A stretch of DNA of 64,000 bases, taken from NCBI GenBank assembly GCA_046563655.1, contig CM102287.1, forward strand, positions 4,774,001 through 4,838,000, given 5' to 3'. The DNA is from Yuukianura sp. NJ FZ-2021 (taxonomy: Eukaryota). Positions 53,868-64,000 of the stretch are shown here, piece after piece; the first letter of the stretch is position 1; every line of letters starts with the position of its first letter. Under the pieces are notes generated by a model. The model did no database searches. It saw only the letters and a program-made list of their open reading frames with translations, and was not told the DNA's origin. The position numbers were made by a program, and so were the translations under genes.

Positions 53868-55273
53868 ATGGCCCATGTCCAGGTCAACCCACCCCTCTTT
53901 GTCACTCTCACGACTCTGTCCTGCCTCTTGTACTTGACAACTTGTCACATCCTGCCCCAACAAAATGCACCAGACTACTACATGGCCGAGGGTGATGAAG
54001 ATCCGGAAGAGGAGAAAGTGGATTTCAAAGAAGTCGTTCAGATCAGAGCTAGGAACAAACGCTACCCCATTCATCTCGACCCCCACTTCGGATCAGCATT
54101 CAAATTTCAAGGTGGAGGTAAACAAAACAGTTCCAAAAACACGAAAATTAGTAAAATTCGAAAATAGACAGACATAAAAATCCTTCGAAAATATTTCTCA
54201 CACATTTCAATTAGAAAAACTAAAATTCTTATTTAAAAAAAGCCTAAAACTTGAAATTTTTTTAGTCACACTACTACCGGATTAATCTGAAAAATCTCAA
54301 TTTTCTAGGAACCCTGTTTCCACAAATTTTTTCTACGGCTGAAAAGTTTGCAGTGAAAACTAAAAAAAACAACTTAGAAAAAGAAGAAACCCAAATCCAG
54401 TTTCACCTTCCAAACTTTCTCTTTTGTCTCGTTTCTAAAACCACACATGGAAGAGCATCTTCCTTTCTGTAATATGATACTCTACCCACAACTTCGTTAA
54501 TTAAGAGATTAAAACTCAACATTCATTTTCACTTTAAAACAGTCACTTTTGTGGTCAACTTTGCCCACAATGTGGGCGAAAGTAGATACCCCCGCATTTT
54601 AACGTCAAAATTAAACAAAAAGTCGAATAAAAAGCACCAAATTATAGTCCAAAAAACTATTTACTCACACCTTTAACGAACTGAAACAACTTCTGAGTAA
54701 ATTAACAATACTCGCCTCCCACACCAGGCAGGTTGAGTAATTGAGTCCAAAAATATCCGTAAATTTCAATTCAAACAACGTCAGAAAGGAGTGTTTGACC
54801 TCAGCTTAAATTGTCTATTCCTGTCTAGAATGTCCGAAATCTGCTGATGGCCAAACCAAGTTCTTCTGTCCTTTTCCCAACCACAAGACTGGGCGCTACG
54901 TCTGTCTGGAGGAGTGGGAACTTTGCGATGGGGTGGGTTTTACAATATAATGCTTTCGATTGATTAATCATTAATCAACTCCATGATAATTAACTTTCAC
55001 CGACTGTACTAATTCTTACAACAGGTCAAGAACTGTCCAGATGCTTCAGATGAAACTCCCTCAAACTGCCTATTTTACAAAGTGGTAAGACCCAGGACAC
55101 AAATTGTGACAAAATCATTTGAGAAATACTAGAAATCGCATAAACTGGAATTTTTTTTCTAATTGCAGATGCAGTCGCAGTTCCATAGCCTAGTAGAATC
55201 ACAACGAGAGCGAGACGAGGCAGAGCGGAGGGCAAGAACACTGGATCAGATTAGGCAGATGAATTTAACCTAA
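53868..55273 (+). CDS. Secreted single-LDLa-domain protein, jelly belly/HEN-1-like (~172 aa)
   Basis: Exons 53868-54117, 54829-54932, 55025-55084 and 55169-55273 join in frame. Signal peptide LFVTLTTLSCLLYLTTC, furin-type RNKR site, and LDLa domain CPKSADGQTKFFCPFPNHKTGRYVCLEEWELCDGVKNCPDASDETPSNCLFYK. Confidence 0.8.
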
Positions 55274-55859
55274 CCTTGAACTAGAAAGGTCAAGTGACCT
55301 CCTGGACAAACGTTGGAGCGGACACAGGAAGTGAAAGCGGAAGGAAGTGAACTCTGCATCATAAACATTGTTTCATTCACTTTTTACTGTTTACCTCTCA
55401 CTTTCACTTGAGCGATAAGAGAAGAAACGCCCAATAATAAACAAACCAAAAATAGAGCAGGAGGCGCCTTCATTCAAAATTTCTAAAAGTCAAAATTACT
55501 CATAAAAATAACATTCGACTTTCAGCTGTAGTTAGTTTTGAAAATCTCATTTTTTTAAGGCTTCAATTTTCATTTTCACTGAAAATTCTTCAGTTAAGTC
55601 AACGATTAATTAGTAAACAGTTTCGTTCAAGAAACGAAATGAAAGGTTTACTCTTCATTCAAATACTGGGAAGGAGCAAAGGGATCTGAACAACGGGAGA
55701 GAGTAAGTCAGACTCAAAACAGGAAACTCAATTGATTTTCGAATTCAGGTTAGTTAATTCAATTAAGTTCACCTTCAACATCAACATGTTACCTACATAG
55801 CAAATTCTTAGTCCTATAACTGTTAACATCTTCCAGGTTCAGCTGATACGACACTGAAC

Positions 55860-57711
55860 ATGACGGGAAACGGAGACCAAGATGAATTTGGAAACTACGA
55901 TGACGATCAGCTGAGATTCGGAAGCGATGACATCATCAGCGGAAGCAGCGTTACGCTGAGTCCTTGCTCAAGATTTGTCAACACTACCCTACTACTGGAC
56001 GGAGAGCGACATGGCTTCTTGTCCTGGCTCCTCAGTCCAGGTCTATTCATTGACTGGACACCAATACACCACATTTCACTGCAAGTATCACAACTACTTC
56101 TACTGGCCATATTCATGCTGCCACACCATCGATCATCTACTCGTTTCTTTGGCATTGCCTATGGCGTGTCATTCTTCGTCTTTGGCTACTTTGTTCTCCA
56201 TTCCCTGGACATCATCACTTGGGCAGTAACTCATGTGACGGTCAACACGGCCTACTTACTACTCGCAATCTGCCGATCGCTCAGTCAATCGTACTCAAAG
56301 GAACTAGAACAGGCAACTCCTTCTTTACAGTATTCATCGTCAGTCGTTGATAAATTCAAGTTCTAATTAATCTCCTATTTGTTACTAAATAGGTTTACAA
56401 GCATATCTTCGAGAAGCTCCACATAACGCGTGAACAATTCAACAGCATTCTGAGCTGCAAGAAAACAACTCGCATTCTACTGCCCAATGCACCCTATGCG
56501 ATCGAGAAAAGCACAAGGTAACTTTAACTGTCACTTCAGAACTAATCCATGACTGATCATCTTGGCTAAATGTAAGTTCATTCAATGCAGAGTTGACAGT
56601 TTGGGATTACTGCTCTCCGGAAGGTAAAGTCTCATAACATGTAATCTAATCCGGATAAATTATGACGATGACAGGAAAAGCAAATAAGACAATATTTCTT
56701 CGAATTTGCAGACTTTTGGTATCTCAACAAGGCCGACCGCTACACATAATTCTTCCGTTCCAATTCATAGACTCCCCCGAATGTAAGTGAATGCCAATTT
56801 TAGAACTTCAAGAACCTTTAGAACTCTAGGACATCATTTTTGTATAACTTAATTTCCTTATTAGATTTCGGTGTTTCTACTGACGAACTCTTCCAAGTAA
56901 GCATAAAAATGGCCGTAACAGGACATACAAGTACAACTTCGCCAAGTTAAATTAAATTAATACTTTTCCCAGGTAACTATAACTGCAGTTGAGGAGAGCA
57001 AGATCATGGTTTGGCATAGAGATAAATTGAGGTAACGTTACTCTCACCTCCATATAGTCTAAATCTAAGAAATCATATCCTCTGACTGTGACTGTGATTA
57101 TTATTTAGATTGACGATTATGTCTGACGAGTTTCTGAGCATTATGTTTGACCACATCATTGGGAGAGATGTGGTCAGAAAACTGATTCAGGTCAGTACTT
57201 ACTACTCAAATGTAAGGGATAAGCAAGATGCAAAGAAAAAGTTTGAACATACCGTTGCTTCATCTTTTTAGGTGAGTGACACAGTGACGCTTCCTTCAAA
57301 CGGAACGACTCATCAGCAGTCAAAGGAGTCCACCGAGTCCGATCCCATGCTTCATCTCGACACGAAGGATCTCAATGGAGGTCAGTTCGGAACGACGTCT
57401 CCCTTTGAAAGTAAGAATCCCCTGTTAAATTCTTATCCTGCATGTTGACAACTTCCCAACATTTAAACTACGTTATTAGGTGGGAGTTTGGCCTTTTACG
57501 GCTTATATAAAAACAAACCCAAATCAAATGTATTTTTCCAATGCAAGCAGCGGATCTACCAAGGCCAAAGCATTTTAGTAAGTCTATTTATCTACAATCT
57601 ATCAATTAACGTTAGCATCCATTAATCATGCTTATATTCTTTTTCTTGTGTTTTGCAGCCAATGAAGTATGGTCCCTGACTAAAATCGAAGAGGAGTTGA
57701 CACAAGTTTGA
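55860..57711 (+). CDS. bves: Popeye domain-containing cAMP-binding membrane protein
   Basis: Three TM segments in exon 1, then Popeye domain ELEQ|VYKHIFEKL...YAIEKSTRVDSLGLLLSGRLLVSQQGRPLHIILPFQFIDSPEYFGVSTDELFQVTITA...WHRDKLRLTIMSDEFLSIMFDHIIGRDVVRKL. Ends ELTQV. Confidence 0.93.
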
Positions 57712-58306
57712 GAAAACCGAAAATCTTCTCGTCACGTCCGCTTCTTAACGTCTAACCTTCGATTTAAAGAAAACGAACTTGAACTTCATTCCTCAACTTC
57801 ATTGCTCGAACAAGGAAATTTTAACTGAGAAACACTTACCAAGAATACTCTCTTCGTCTACCAAACGGTCTTCGTAAAACACTTTATTAAAGTGCTTAGT
57901 TCTAAACTAACGGTAACGGTGAACTTAAAAAATAGTCATACAAAAAGCTAAAATCTTAGGTTTTTCATCAATCTAACAACCATCGGAGAATACTGTCCAT
58001 CTCTGTCCCTCAATCAAATATATTTAGATAATTAGAAAATTTCTAGTCATTTCATCTTTGTCAAATAGTCAAACACCTTTCCAATTTAAAATTTATAGAC
58101 GTCCCTGGTCTCCTGTCGCATTTCCATCTGCCTTTGCATTTCCTTGTGTTACACAAATTGTGTACAGCTAGCTGTAACCATCGTGAAGCTAAAATCTCGA
58201 TTACCTAAGACTAATTAGCTTAAGTAACTTACTTAACTTTAACTACGTATGCCAAAAACGATTAGCAATAAAGGACAAGTTTAAGTGAACGTACCAATTC
58301 AATCAA

Positions 58307-58910
58307 TCAGGGGTATGTGATAGGAGTAATTTTGCGTTTAGGTGGCGGCGGCTCCTCGTCAGGCGTAAATGCTGGGGGAGGTCTCTTGTGGATGTTGCGT
58401 TCCTTGGAATCTGCTGATACTCGAACCACTTGCGACGTTACAGTTACCGCAGAATTGTTTACCATTGACTCCGTATTCCCTTGCTGCTTTTTAGAGCTGC
58501 TGCCTGTTTGACCGTGATCCAGTTTAGACTCAGGAAACAGTACAACATTGGCAGATGATGAAGACACATCGCGGTGTGAGTGTTGCAGCCTTCTTGGATC
58601 CGGCTCACGTTTCGGCTTAGGCAGGACGAGTGTATTGTAAAATTCAAGTAACTGCCATCGTCCAACTTCATCTCCAGTGAACAGGCCCCGCTGTAACGAA
58701 AAAAAAAACACAAAGCATAAATAAAATGATGGAAGATGATACGATGAAACTCTGCTGCTGAAACAGAAACGAAACAGAAACGAATATCATTCATAATAAG
58801 TAAATTACTTCTGAAAGAATTGAGCGAAGTAATTCGTCACTCATCGAATAAGGGTCAAGCAATTCTTGTGTTGACATTGACGCAATGATGCCGGTAACAA
58901 GCGCCGCCAT
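58307..58910 (-). CDS. Ashwin: Ashwin (C2orf49)-like protein, ~161 aa
   Basis: Exons 58910-58809 and 58690-58307 read ELLDPYSMSDELLRSILSE|RGL...LLEFYNTLVLPKPKR and end KRKITPITYP. This parallels vertebrate Ashwin LLHPELLS...LYVQHAIPLPQR and C-terminal KRKIQHVTWP (from memory). Confidence 0.75.
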
Positions 58911-59353
58911 AAAAAAAAACAAAATCAGTCCCCCCAGACAGAAAGAGAGAATGGACTTGGTTTGGTAGAATTGGCAGACAATGTTGATCTCTGATTCACA
59001 GATTACTCAAGAAAGGAATTGACTAACTGCTCCAACTACCTCGCGTTAACTGCTGATGGTCCTAAACTAATTGATTTAAACCCGATTAACTGTTCAGGGA
59101 GAACTTACAAGAGAGAAGTAAACAATCCTCCGTGTTGATGTTGAACAGATGAGCGAGGAGAAGAGCCGCCTTTTTTGTCTATTTTCTCCCAAAACAAGGG
59201 TTGTAGTAAAACACTCCCGACAAGAAGCACCACCCACCAGTTGGGCAGCAGAAAATATTTAAATGTTAAAATTATTACAATTAATAAAGAGAACTGTTGA
59301 TAATTAATATTTGTATCAGTAATTAAATTATTCCAACAATTAAAATAGCAGAA

Positions 59354-59395
59354 TTAAGTTACCGCACGTGACTGCGGTAACTTAAGCGCACGTGA
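59354..59395. promoter_or_regulatory. Perfect 13-bp inverted repeat with two CACGTG E-boxes in the Ashwin/TMEM39 bidirectional promoter
   Basis: TTAAGTTACCGCA-cgtgac-TGCGGTAACTTAA at 59354-59385. CACGTG at 59365-59370 and 59389-59394. Confidence 0.6.
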
Positions 59396-59645
59396 GAAAC
59401 ACAAAAGTTACCATTTTGTAAACGGTTTGCTTGTTTGCCCATTCCCTTCTAAAACATGACGGGTATGTTGTGTCCAACATCCACAAAATGTTTTTACTTA
59501 AAATTCAATTTCAAATTTATGTCAGGGCCAGGTATCAGCCACAGACTGGGTCAAGTTCCAGACCGAAATCAAGAAACGATTTTTCCATAATCAATTAATA
59601 ATAAATAACCGATTTTTTTAACTTTGAATGAGTAATTCTGCAAGT

Positions 59646-61450
59646 ATGGCCGGGGGGAGGCGATTGGGAAGAACAATAACCTCGAAACAGAACCTTGTCT
59701 ACCCCATTGTCAGTCCTGCCCAAGACGAAAGGTAAACGACAACGACAATATTGAACAAATCAAACATAAATTGATGAAAATCGTTTTTAGCAATTGCAAT
59801 TGATTCATTGCAGAGTAATCATCTACGATGTCAAACACATTCGGATACCGCACATGCCAAGGGAATCTACGGAAATCTTTGAGCTCATTCTTTGTCTTCA
59901 CATTGCGCTGTTCACTGGTCTCCAGTTTGTTCATTTGTACAGAACAGTCTGGTGGTTGCCTCAAAGTTTCAACAATTCCGGTGTGGTAAAAGCTACACAA
60001 ACTAAAAATCAATTGCCACTAGTAAAACATGTTACTAATCCTGCCTTTGTTGGTTTAGAACTTCCATCTCATTGATTTCAAAATCGTCGCGTTCATTTTC
60101 GCCGTGTTATGTCGACGGTTACCCTATTTGATGCTGAAGACGTTACTGCCGCCATTCAGTCATCGAATTCTGCAGTTCGTACTTACAATCCACATGTTTT
60201 CGTGGGTGATCATGACTGGATATTGTTTCTGGAAAGAACGCAAGTCCTATCTCCACATTTCCTACTTAGTTATGCCGTAAGAAGTCGAAATCTAATGCAA
60301 CGTCCAACTACCAAAGCATATCCAAAACCTAACTTCTGTTTTCGTTTCCAGGATGTTTCTGTACACCTACGTGTATGGATTTTCAGTTCGCTCTCTTTGG
60401 GAAATGAAGGAGCTGGACAATCCTGAATCCCTTCCATGCCATATTTGCAGTAACGACGCCCTCGTAATTCGAGAACAAGTAGATTCTCTGAGGATGGAAT
60501 TCAACAACCGACTGAGAAAGGTTCTTTGCACCGCCACCATCATAGCTTACTACGCAACATTCATTCCGTGGTGTTTTGCTCAGGTTTGCTAAACATTCTT
60601 AAAGTCAAAAATTTAACCAGTAGCAGAAACTGAAACTAATCGATTATTTGCTTTGGAATTGCAGCCCTACGTCCATTATGATTTATACTGGGTTTCTCAG
60701 CACCTCGCCTTTTGTTGGCTAACCATCTTCTCCCTCCTGGTCAGTCGAGCTTTCTGCCCCGAGTTTTCCGACGGTCTGCACAAAGTGGCATGTCACCTCG
60801 GCAGTTGGACCCGCCTGAGACCGAATCACATACCATCGCAACTGTAAGAACTTAGAAATCCAATTTAATGCAGCTAAACCAAACTTAAGTCAAAAGTTTC
60901 TTCGACCCTAATCTAACATTGACCCCGTTTTCTTAGATGGTACAACGACAACCTGTTTACCCCTGGATCGATCGTCAAGCATCAGCGAGAACTGTACAAG
61001 GCTGAAGGTCTGCTCTGCGTGGCCTCCGAGCCTGGCAACCCCATTCACCAACGGTTTCAAGTAAATCGATCGCACACTAATTTCTCAATATCGACTCAAA
61101 ACTTACAACTTTGCCTAATTTCCAGATGCTGTTCAGCGGAAGTTCGTTCCCACGGCTTCTCATAGCATTTCAGACATCGCTTATCCTGCTCGGAATTCTC
61201 GTTTTGCTTAGGACCGTGGAATGGTATCAACTTATTTCTATTTCCACCATCATCACCACATCTTTCTACACCTACATCAGGCTGGGTAAGAGAGAAAGTA
61301 ACCGAGAAAGTCATAAGACCGAAATCCCACTTCCGTCCAGCTTTTAAAAAATGTCTTTTGAATCTGTGCCGCATTTTAGGTCGTGACTATCTAACTCTAG
61401 CCAAAATTTATGACGCTGAGAGGTTCATATGGACACATCACGGGTCTTAG
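59646..61450 (+). CDS. TMEM39: Transmembrane protein 39 (ER membrane, collagen secretion/autophagy)
   Basis: MAGGRR start; LQFVHLYRTVWWLPQS; NFHLIDF; HICSNDALVIREQVDSLRMEFNNRLRKVL; AYYATFIPWCF; LHKVACHLGSW; ASEPGNPIHQRF; final exon GRDYLTLAKIY. Eight GT-AG exons. Confidence 0.93.
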
Positions 61451-63582
61451 GTTCTCAAACTATCCAGCTCCCAAAATACTCAACTACTTAAGCCCAAGTA
61501 TTAGCAATTTGACTACAGAAGTTGAAGCTGACGCAAGAGAAACTAATAATAAAGACCTACTCTTGGACGCCACAAGTCACCCATTTCTCTCGCTCCATCA
61601 ACTACTGTCAGCTATTAAACGCATTCTAAATCAAAACGGTCCAGTTTTCTCCAAACTACAAGCATATTGCTCAGCATGCCGCTGCTTTTGTCTCCGGCAC
61701 GGACCATTTGACCTACGACCTTCCCGGCGCCACTGTTCATCCTCCCTCTCTCCCATAAAATTCTGGCTAATGCTGACGTAATGTGCATTTTTTTTGGACG
61801 ACCGGATGCGTAAAACCGATACGAAGTGACAACAGAATGAACAGCAAAACAACATGCATTGTGCTGTCAAGTTTTCATTTGATACACACCAGATAACTGT
61901 CGGCTGCTCGGCACAATTATGTTTACGGGGAATTCCACTACTCTAACACTGCGCATTGTTCTTTCTGGCTTTGAATGGACAAATTCCATGTAGTGGTTTA
62001 GCCCCTGCTTAATCGGAGGTGTTAATTTCAAGTTAATTGGTTATTGATAGATAACAAATTGATTGACGTATGTTACACAGCGTAGAGCATGACATCAACA
62101 AATTGACGTCGACCACATAGGACAGACTCAACATAAAACATGAACTAATTTCTACTTCGTACTAAAACCAAATGACCATTGACCTTTCGGCACTTGTTAT
62201 CTAGCAGACAACGCTGCTAATACTTGTGGTCTGACTTTTGGTCAGGCACACAGCAATCCACATTTAATCGCTCTTGCATCAGCGTGAGTAAAAATATAAT
62301 TCCAGCCCCCCAAATGAACCGGATTATCTAATTTAGGTGGGGATTAACCGTGAGAATTTCCACAAACCTGGCAAAAATCACGGGAAAATATATTTAGTTT
62401 TTTTTTAAAGTAAAACCATACAAAACTCGTAAAATTAATTGACAAAAGAATCCACGCCTAAAAGTTTCCCTGCTTTTCCAAAGAGTTTTGCATGCTTTTT
62501 TTTTACGTAAAAGCGTAAAATGGTTGAAAAACAATACAAACAATCCTAACGACGTAAGAAACGAGAAATCCCCAAATTTTTTGCAACTTTTTTTTTCCGC
62601 AAACGTATTGTTTTGATAGTACCACTACCTGCGACCTGCACGTACTAAGAACTAGATATTATCCAGTCCGGATTCAAGTTTTAGCACGATGATGGCTTTT
62701 CCAAACTAAAAAAAAGTTTTAAAAAAAAGCTCGTAAATAAATGGCTACGTCTGGGAAATACTGGACGTGAGAACCCACGTGGATTTAACTACGAGATTAA
62801 AACGCCTTACAAACCAGTAATTAACCAAATAAATCTTCAAACTTCACAAACAATTTGCACTTTTCACCTAAAAAAAATACTCATTTTGAGCAAACGAAAA
62901 CTAAAAAAAACATGAGCTAATTTCCTAGAAATCCGTATTGGTAGTGTACCCCTTCCACATTTGATTCAAATTTTTGCAAACAGACATTCATTCCTATACT
63001 GTTTGCAAAATTTTTGTAATTTTCCTATCCTGCCCCGCTGTTTTCTACAGATTAGCGAATACAATCCGGACACATAAGGAAACGGATTTTGCAAAAATCT
63101 GTGTTTTGTAGGAGAATTACCTCACCTCCATCACGTAATTTTTACTGGGAATCCAGGATATAAGTAATTTGCAAAAACCAAGAATTAGGTTCAATTTGCA
63201 TGGCTCAAAAAAGTTTGACTCAAAAATTTCCCGAAGTCATTGATATTATCCTAATAATGACCACAAGAAAGAGACATGGGCCTAGACAGACCAATGTGAG
63301 TGACTCTGCCTGGTACCCCGAGGAAACAATTGCAAATTTTTTGCAACTTTTTGCAACTAACAGGGGGAGTGGGGCTGGGAAACCAACTACGAAGGGGAAT
63401 GCCAAAAGAAATAATCTGTTCTTGCACTTACTACAAGAGGAGAGGGAGCGAAGTGGATTGACAACAGTTCCATTCCAACGGTCGTAAGAGTCACTCGTTT
63501 CCCAAATTGCATCTTCGCTACACTGTTGTTGTAGACTTTAGCCAATCCAAGAGTTCCTAAGACAAGAGGTCACGAGGTCACA

Positions 63583-63904
63583 ATGTTAGACTGCCATCAG
63601 AATCCTGCCGACGGAGAAGAGATCTTCCGTTTTGACGACGAAGAGAACTTTCTCCCAATTCCGACCATGAAGGGTCTGCACAAGAGCAAGAAGTGCTCGG
63701 GCGACTTGAGCAGCAGGGCGACCATTGGACATGGGCTGAAGGATGCCAATGGTAACCAGGTCAAGGTGTCCATGTTCAACTGCTTTGGCTCTACATTTGA
63801 TATCGATGGGGAAGAGATCTTGAGGATCCGACCACAAAAGAACTTCAGCTTCGACATCATGACGAGTTGTACGTCTGAACCAAAGGCTCGCAGGGTCATC
63901 AACC
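63583..63904 (+). CDS. First coding exon of an unidentified gene, truncated by the window end
   Basis: ATG at 63583 opens a GC-richer, codon-like frame (MLDCHQNPADGEEIFRFDDEE...FGSTFDIDGEEILRIRPQK) that ends at a GTAAGT donor at 63905. Confidence 0.65.
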
Positions 63905-64000
63905 GTAAGTCAACTTCTGGAATTAACAAATTAATAGATTAGTTATTTTATTAACTTGTAACTGTATAACACTAAAATTACTTATTTCATTACTTGTAAG

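Noticed and set aside
62960..63360. Several TTTGCAAA-like palindromes suggesting a TE relic
   Set aside because: No terminal repeats or longer homology visible; compatible with AT-rich background.

Overview
Eukaryotic (animal, most likely arthropod/pancrustacean) gene-dense genomic DNA with many 60-100 nt introns, so the six-frame ORF track mostly shows exon fragments or spurious antisense ORFs. I spliced the genes by hand using GT-AG sites and frame continuity. In order: MKK4/MAP2K4 (minus, truncated at the window start); a divergent ankyrin-repeat/SOCS-box gene; FoxO (long ATG-poor 5' leader, 10.5-kb intron inside the forkhead domain); a ~2.2-kb non-autonomous foldback-type DNA transposon; SAP47/SYAP1; a small four-TM protein; Regnase/ZC3H12 (minus); three consecutive low-complexity genes I do not recognise (two secreted, one acidic with TQT motifs); a short jelly belly/HEN-1-like LDLa protein; Popeye/bves; Ashwin (minus) head-to-head with TMEM39; and the first coding exon of an unknown gene. 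I found no convincing new multi-gene system. The strongest unexplained signal is a window-wide excess of paired AGGTCA nuclear-receptor half-sites, including identical 13-14-mers at unrelated loci. Other leads are the compact Jeb/HEN-1-like ligand, the modular foldback element, the FoxO leader with a single uORF, and the TQT-motif protein. All family calls come from remembered motifs, not from searches.
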